Positions 59,355 through 64,000 of a stretch of 64,000 nucleotides of DNA are shown here, piece by piece (positions within the stretch are counted from its first letter, which is position 1; every line of letters starts with the position of its first letter). The notes below the pieces were generated by a model that saw only the letters and a list, made by a program, of their open reading frames with translations, did no database searches and was not told the DNA's origin. This DNA comes from an uncultured Bacteroidota bacterium. Lineage in GTDB: Bacteria > CLD3 > SB21. The translations under genes and the position numbers were made by a program. The stretch covers positions 9,961 to 73,960 of the forward strand of contig CAZJBS010000010.1 of assembly GCA_964544475.1 (NCBI GenBank), written 5' to 3'.

Positions 59355-59525
59355 ATGGCAGACGAGACGAAAAACACGAATTCCTCTAACGTTCCGAAAT
59401 CGGACGAAAACAAGGGCTCAATCAAGGCGGGACGAGATATCAAAGAGAGTTACAGCCCACGCAACGAGCTCGATACTTCTAAACCGCCGCAGGGAGATGG
59501 TACATCAAAAAAGGACGATAAGTAA
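59355..59525 (+). CDS. Candidate 56-aa hydrophilic, low-complexity small protein
   Basis: ATG 14 nt after the membrane protein stop, preceded by gaaaggatcc (Shine-Dalgarno-like). It encodes MADETKNTNSSNVPKSDENKGSIKAGRDIKESYSPRNELDTSKPPQGDGTSKKDDK, predicted disordered. Not in the ORF track (shorter than 60 aa). Confidence 0.25.
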   Translation: MADETKNTNSSNVPKSDENKGSIKAGRDIKESYSPRNELDTSKPPQGDGTSKKDDK

Positions 59526-59540
59526 GAGCGTGGACTCGCC

Positions 59541-59716
59541 GCATAACAGGCGAGCACACGTTCGCTCGCGGCGTGCTCATTCCCGTCGGGTGCACGCCGC
59601 TTCGCACACGGCGCACCGACGATTTTCGATTGGAGATTATGAATAGATTTGATCTATGAAGAACGATGAAACCAAGATTGGCGGGCGCCGCGTCGTGTGC
59701 TCGCGAACCGTTATGC
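59541..59716 (+). repeat. attC-like imperfect palindromic element 3
   Basis: 5' GCATAAC-a-ggcgagcacacg and 3' cgtgtgctcgcg-aacc-GTTATGC. The arms are inverted repeats. It shares an internal 11-mer, acggcgcaccg, with element 1. Confidence 0.45.
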
Positions 59717-59755
59717 GCAGTTTGCCCGACTGATCACAACCACCAAGGTGCTAAA

Positions 59756-62098
59756 ATGAAACACTTTGCAGAAGTACTTCAAACTCTCGGCGCGAGTAAA
59801 ATCGAGCCACTTTCTGAAACTCAGCATTGGGACTTCTGGAAGGCAGTCTACTCGACTCCAATCTCCGAAGTGAGCGGCTACTATCTATATTTGAAATCGA
59901 GCTGTCCTTGGAAAGAAGGGAACAACAGGGCAAATTGGGACACATGGCAAAAACCTTCAAAGGGAAACTACGAAATTATTGTAACGCCGGCCAGTGACTT
60001 CATAAGGAAGCCCAGTCAAACTATTGCAGCCTTCAAGGGAACTCGCGTGAGAACATCGAAGGAACTCTTGCTGAACAATTTTGTGAAGAGCCTCACACTG
60101 GAAGAAATAATATCAGAGGAAAATTTCATCGACCCGACACTTGAACTTGAGAACGGTCGCGTGAGCCAGGATACCACACACTTTCTCATCTCTTGGATCA
60201 AGGGACGGGATAGTGCAACCAAAGGTGTATCCATTGCAGCTTTGGTTGCTGATGGCGGCGTTGGCAAAACCACAGTGTCTCGTGTACTGAGTCGATCTCT
60301 CCATGAGGACGATCCGACTGTTATCCCTATCCTCATAGAATCCGATCAATGGCGGCATCTGCTTAACACGCCTATTTCGCTTAGCAACCTTTGGGACTTG
60401 GCCATCTCACGGCGCTTTCAGAATGCCGCTAGACTGTTGTCTAATGAAATGGCTTTTCGCGTTCTCGTAAGGGAAGGACTCTTTGTAATCATCTTCGACG
60501 GTTTTGATGAACTTTGCGTTAATTCTTATGCTGTGTCGCGTCCCAAAGAAATTATCGACGAGCTTATAACCCTCCTGTCGCCTGAAGATGAGCCCGTACA
60601 AGCAAAAATTGTATTAACAGCCCGCAGCACGTTCTGGGAGTCATTGGCAGATGAAATCGAGCTTAAGGACATCGAGACATTTTACCTTCGGGGGTTCGAT
60701 AATGATCAACGCAAGAGCTATTTCGACAAAACGCTAACCACTCACGAAGAAAGAGACATTGCAAATCGTTTGTCTCGACAGATTAGTGGAGCCATGTACG
60801 AAGGCATCAAACCTGAAGATCACAATTACGAAAGACCTTCCGGAGTACCATTTATCTTGAGCCTAATCGCCCAGTACGTCCGGGGCAGTGTCCATTTGAT
60901 TGAGGTAAATCCATACATGGCGGACCCGTTGGAGCGTCTCCTCGAAGATATCTGTCGTCGAGAAAACCTTCGACAATCACTTGACATCGAGCCCACAAAA
61001 CAATTAGAGCTTTTTGAGGAACTCTTCCGGGAATATCAGGAATCAATCCAACTAACCGATTTGCAAATGTATCTTGACGTAATCTGCAACATCAACGACA
61101 AAGAGACCGCCAACCGGTTCACGAACCATGTTTTCCTAACTCGCACTGAAAAAGACACTTTTGGGCCGCGCTATGAAGTCCTCCGAGTATACTTTATAGC
61201 ACGCTTCCTTGCCAAAGGCCTGCTTGAGCTGACGACAAAAACTCCTCGACAACAAATCGCACGGTTGCTGGCAAAGAACAGCACCGGAAAGACCCAGGTC
61301 ATCGACTGGCTTATCTTGCAATTGCGTAATTTGGAACAAACAACCCTCATAAGGTCAATACACCACGCACTAGCCATTATTCGCGATCAAGATAACCGTT
61401 CTACGCTCTCTCAGTCTTCTTCGGCGATTTTCCATGTTGTTTCCAGCCTCATCTCGGGCGGCGACAAAGATGAACGCACTCGTCTACTCTGTGATTTCTA
61501 TAATATCGATAGAAGCGGCACAGTTGTTTTCAAGGCAGTTGTATTCGCAGGTGTGGTCCGGTCCTTCAGTTTTCGTGACGCAATCTTCGAGAAATGTGAA
61601 TTTTACGATGTCGAGTTTAAGAATTGCACTTTTGGCGATGCTTCTACATTCCGAACATGTAGCTTCTACGGAAATCTTAAATTTACTAATTGTTCAAATG
61701 CGGGCTCGATAAAAACACAGATCTGCACTTTTTCAAGGGAATCAGAGTTCGCACTTGATGTCATTAGAAACTCACACTCAAGAATGGAGCTAAAACGTTC
61801 TTTCGCAGAAGAAGCATTGTCCCGATCCCTTCGCAAGTTTCGAAAGGACAATCGGTTTATTCCTATCCAGTACGAGCACCGCAAGACTGGATTCAAGCCA
61901 GGCAACCCATATAACGAGACAGTGTGGCAGGAACTTGAACGAGCTGGGCTTATTCACTCTCATCACATATCTGGAGTCACCGGCGGAGGTCTCAACATTG
62001 TCGACGACAAGAACGTGCGACGAGAAGTGTCGTCCTTCCTGGACAATGGCGTACTTGGCAATTTGTTGACCAACGTGCTAACAAAAATGATCACATAA
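59756..62098 (+). CDS. STAND/NACHT-like P-loop NTPase with C-terminal pentapeptide-repeat region (antiphage-sensor-like architecture)
   Basis: Start placed at MKHFAEVLQ (ATG 59756, AAGGTG Shine-Dalgarno upstream), about 780 aa. Walker A ALVADGGVGKTTV (about nt 60254-60271). Walker B hhhhDGFDE (FVIIFDGFDEL, about nt 60497-60511). A long helical middle region. Pentapeptide-like repeats (AVVFAGVVRSFSFRDAIFEKCEFYDVEFKNCTFGDASTFRTCSFYGNLKFTNCSN, about nt 61580-61770). The N-terminal roughly 160 aa are of unknown function. Confidence 0.65.
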   Translation: MKHFAEVLQTLGASKIEPLSETQHWDFWKAVYSTPISEVSGYYLYLKSSCPWKEGNNRANWDTWQKPSKGNYEIIVTPASDFIRKPSQTIAAFKGTRVRTSKELLLNNFVKSLTLEEIISEENFIDPTLELENGRVSQDTTHFLISWIKGRDSATKGVSIAALVADGGVGKTTVSRVLSRSLHEDDPTVIPILIESDQWRHLLNTPISLSNLWDLAISRRFQNAARLLSNEMAFRVLVREGLFVIIFDGFDELCVNSYAVSRPKEIIDELITLLSPEDEPVQAKIVLTARSTFWESLADEIELKDIETFYLRGFDNDQRKSYFDKTLTTHEERDIANRLSRQISGAMYEGIKPEDHNYERPSGVPFILSLIAQYVRGSVHLIEVNPYMADPLERLLEDICRRENLRQSLDIEPTKQLELFEELFREYQESIQLTDLQMYLDVICNINDKETANRFTNHVFLTRTEKDTFGPRYEVLRVYFIARFLAKGLLELTTKTPRQQIARLLAKNSTGKTQVIDWLILQLRNLEQTTLIRSIHHALAIIRDQDNRSTLSQSSSAIFHVVSSLISGGDKDERTRLLCDFYNIDRSGTVVFKAVVFAGVVRSFSFRDAIFEKCEFYDVEFKNCTFGDASTFRTCSFYGNLKFTNCSNAGSIKTQICTFSRESEFALDVIRNSHSRMELKRSFAEEALSRSLRKFRKDNRFIPIQYEHRKTGFKPGNPYNETVWQELERAGLIHSHHISGVTGGGLNIVDDKNVRREVSSFLDNGVLGNLLTNVLTKMIT

Positions 62099-62131
62099 GG
62101 GATTTATAATGGCCGTGCGGTCGGGCAAACT

Positions 62132-62341
62132 GCGCATAACACGCGCATAAACCGTTCGTTCGGGCACTTGCTTTTGTGCGGTACCTGTGTCCCAATCTTT
62201 TGGGTAGTCAATCTGTAAACATTATGACCATTCAACAAAAAGTGCCCTCACCAACCATGCACGCGCCGCAAACAACAGCAGTTGAAGACTTTTATCAAAG
62301 GCGGCTTGTGCGTGGCTGCGGTTATACGCCGGACGTTAGGG
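62132..62341 (+). repeat. attC-like imperfect palindromic element 4
   Basis: 5' GCGCATAAC-acgcgcataaaccg, where the motif is tandemly reiterated, and 3' cggttatacgc-cggac-GTTAGGG. The arms are roughly complementary (gcgcataaaccg versus gcgtataaccg). Confidence 0.4.
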
Positions 62342-62579
62342 TTCCGTCGCACGACTTTTTTTCTTTCTCGACTTTGTTGGGGCTATGATGTAATTTGATC
62401 CTGTAAGTTCATTTCTTGGGGAGTAGCAAGTGGCTCTGGGTTCAGTTCTTTCGTGCATTTCAAGTCTCGTTCAGGAAAACGAATACCGCGCTCGTGCGAT
62501 TCGTACGGGGTTGAACGGTCATACCAGTTGCCGAGATTTCGATTGGGATTCCCGAATTCCTCCTCCCCGTGCCACGTCC

Positions 62580-62733
62580 TGGTCGCCCCGACGCGAGTGT
62601 CAGATGCCCCCGGCTGCGATTTTTGTGCGCCGGGCTTCCCTCGGCGCACGGCGCGGATCGAATTGAAAACAAATTCATTGATACCGATTGTGCACCGCAG
62701 CGTGTGCACGCGTGACGTTATGCGCAATGACTG
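62580..62733 (+). repeat. 155-bp direct repeat, copy B (about 88% identical to 57089..57243). A decayed attC-like element that keeps its 3' end.
   Basis: 3' end cgtgtgcacgcg-tgac-GTTATGC is retained. The 5' arm is degenerate (ccgtgccacg versus cgtgcacacg) and the ATAAC is lost (gaattc). The internal hairpin of copy A is disrupted here (gcgccgggc). Confidence 0.8.
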
Positions 62734-62755
62734 CGACCTGAGTCCCAACTAACTT

Positions 62756-63367
62756 ATGGCACCCTATCAGAGAATTCCCATATGGGAGAACCGGCTGCGC
62801 GTGAAGCGTCTTTGGCAGTTTCGAGAGGCTCTGCAACTGTACTTCGCCGCTTATTCAGCCTCGCGAGTATCGTTTAGCGATTCTCACAGACACCATCGCG
62901 TAACTGTGAACTTACAAATACACTCCGTCTATTCCATGGTTCAAGATGCAGGAATTGATACTTCGTTTTCTGGGCCTCATCGGTCATCATCTGTCACTCT
63001 TGATCGAAAGGCGGATCTTGTTCTAGACGTATTCTCTTTGGTAGATCTCAACATCGATCCCCAGTACCTTGGAGATTGTATTGTAAGAGCTATTGGTAAG
63101 TACAATGACGACCGCGCAAGAGCCGTTTTGCGAACGATCAATCCGTTGTTCTGGGCGGGTAAGCTGGTTGATGCCGTTCTTGATCTGCCATTGAAACTTT
63201 TGCGGAGCTTCGGTATCAAAGTACCCAAAATTGAAGACACACTTGCCGGCAGAGTTATTGGCGGACTGCTCAAGTCTGTGACTTATCTGGCCGCCTTTCT
63301 GACTGTCGCCGAAAAGCTGGGCTATCTTGAGACATTCAAAGGTTTTCTTAAATCTGCGTCACCCTGA
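62756..63367 (+). CDS. Hypothetical protein (203 aa)
   Basis: ORF about 20 bp downstream of repeat B. No family recognised. Confidence 0.5.
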   Translation: MAPYQRIPIWENRLRVKRLWQFREALQLYFAAYSASRVSFSDSHRHHRVTVNLQIHSVYSMVQDAGIDTSFSGPHRSSSVTLDRKADLVLDVFSLVDLNIDPQYLGDCIVRAIGKYNDDRARAVLRTINPLFWAGKLVDAVLDLPLKLLRSFGIKVPKIEDTLAGRVIGGLLKSVTYLAAFLTVAEKLGYLETFKGFLKSASP

Positions 63368-63436
63368 AACTGAGGGCGCAGTCAATGCGCATAACACCTT
63401 AAAAGAGTTCGAAGTCAATAGAAAAAGCCCTCCCGT

Positions 63437-63460
63437 GGCGACCGGGTCGCCTATTTTGTT
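63437..63460 (+). terminator. Rho-independent terminator downstream of the 62756..63367 gene
   Basis: ggcgacc-g-ggtcgcc perfect 7-bp stem followed by tattttgtt. It lies inside a candidate fifth palindromic element that is bounded by GCGCATAAC at 63387 and a weak GTTATCC at 63670. Confidence 0.45.
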
Positions 63461-63711
63461 GGCTTTTTGCTTCGATAACCGATGGGCCGACGCCTGGCAT
63501 GTCTTTACGAATGGTGAAGCAAGTTGCATCGACATCCATGACGATACGAATTGAAAATACGATTGAACCCATGGCCGAGACTTCACCCATGCCCTGCGCG
63601 AAGCCAAGGAATCCTCAAGGTAGGATTTGTCAGATGCGGCTTGCAGGGTACGGCGTGTATCGGCGGGACGTTATCCGACACCCCCAAAACAGTGCTCAAA
63701 AGAGGTATCAA

Positions 63712-64000
63712 ATGAATTTGCCAGAAGATCGTAATCGCACTTTATCCCAGTTTCGAGAAGGGCCGATGCTACTCGACAAGACTGTCAGCGATCTGCAAGA
63801 CTCCGAATTGGATCTCATTCCTACCGAAGGTGGATGGTCTATTCGACAGATCGTCCATCACATTGTGGATGGGGATGATATTTGGAAGTTTGGTATCAAG
63901 ATGGCCATTGGTAACGAACAGGCTGAATTTTCACTGGAATGGTACTCCTCACAGACGCAAGATACTTGGGCTGATCGATGGGCGTACACCCAAAGATCAA
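63712..64000 (+). CDS. DinB_2 (DinB/YfiT-like) family protein, 5' portion (runs off the window end)
   Basis: ATG at 63712. MNLPEDRNRTLSQFREGPMLLDKTVSDLQDSELDLIPTEGGWSIRQIVHHIVDGDDIWK contains the metal-binding His region typical of DinB_2. No stop before the window end. Confidence 0.55.
   Translation, partial: MNLPEDRNRTLSQFREGPMLLDKTVSDLQDSELDLIPTEGGWSIRQIVHHIVDGDDIWKFGIKMAIGNEQAEFSLEWYSSQTQDTWADRWAYTQRS

Noticed and set aside
1-64000. CRISPR arrays, rRNA genes, tRNA genes, and transposase or integrase genes
   Set aside because: I scanned for short regularly spaced direct repeats, rRNA-like conserved blocks, cloverleaf-compatible segments and DDE or tyrosine-recombinase motifs. None were seen. 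Only T-arm-like fragments were found near 5.1 kb.

Overview
This window is a high-GC (roughly 58-60%) chromosomal segment from a Gram-negative bacterium, with a lower-GC accessory island at its right end. A type IX secretion system is present (PorU, two PorV/PorQ-like proteins, T9SS C-terminal-domain cargo proteins), which suggests the FCB group (Bacteroidota, Gemmatimonadota or a related phylum or candidate phylum). No rRNA or tRNA genes and no CRISPR array were seen.

From 1 to about 56 kb the content looks like core genome:
- An archaeal-type thiolase / HMG-CoA synthase / DUF35 operon followed by an AtuA-like DUF1446 gene.
- A DUF2997/DUF1257 pair next to a secreted thermonuclease.
- An MFS transporter, then pepD, a PqqD-like small protein and an OPT oligopeptide transporter.
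- Two HAD hydrolases, a SPOR-domain protein, hbd and a stand-alone biotinyl domain protein.
- dacB, a cNMP-binding sensor histidine kinase, rfbB and pyrB.
- A tetR-tolC-MFP-RND efflux operon.
- An arsenosugar-type cluster (radical SAM ArsS, AhpD-like protein, SAM methyltransferase).
- nth, lptG/F, rnr, a Wzx-like flippase.
- A T9SS cargo gene followed by porV and porU.
- A MqnE/MqnC-like radical SAM gene, a SpoIID/LytB-domain gene, a sigma-54 response regulator, murJ, a Lon N-terminal-domain protein, aroB and ychF.

The most interesting part is 56.0-64.0 kb, immediately after ychF. GC drops to roughly the high 40s percent. Every gene is on the + strand. Each intergenic gap holds a 145-210 bp imperfect palindromic element whose ends are conserved: a (G)CATAAC-type motif at the 5' end and a GTTA(T/G)G(C) motif at the 3' end, each next to a roughly 12-bp arm, and the two arms are inverted repeats of each other. 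This is the architecture of integron attC recombination sites. One copy is duplicated at about 88% identity as a 155-bp direct repeat (57089-57243 and 62580-62733).

The genes carried between these elements look like defence or stress cargo:
- an overlapping two-gene pair whose second member has a C-terminal HEPN RNase motif (R-N-x-x-x-H);
- a 3-TM membrane protein;
- a roughly 780-aa STAND/NACHT-like NTPase with Walker A and B motifs and a C-terminal pentapeptide-repeat region;
- a DinB_2-family protein.

No integrase lies in the window. I read this as a candidate integron-like cassette array without an adjacent integrase (CALIN-like), or an undescribed cassette or recombination system that carries antiphage-like genes.
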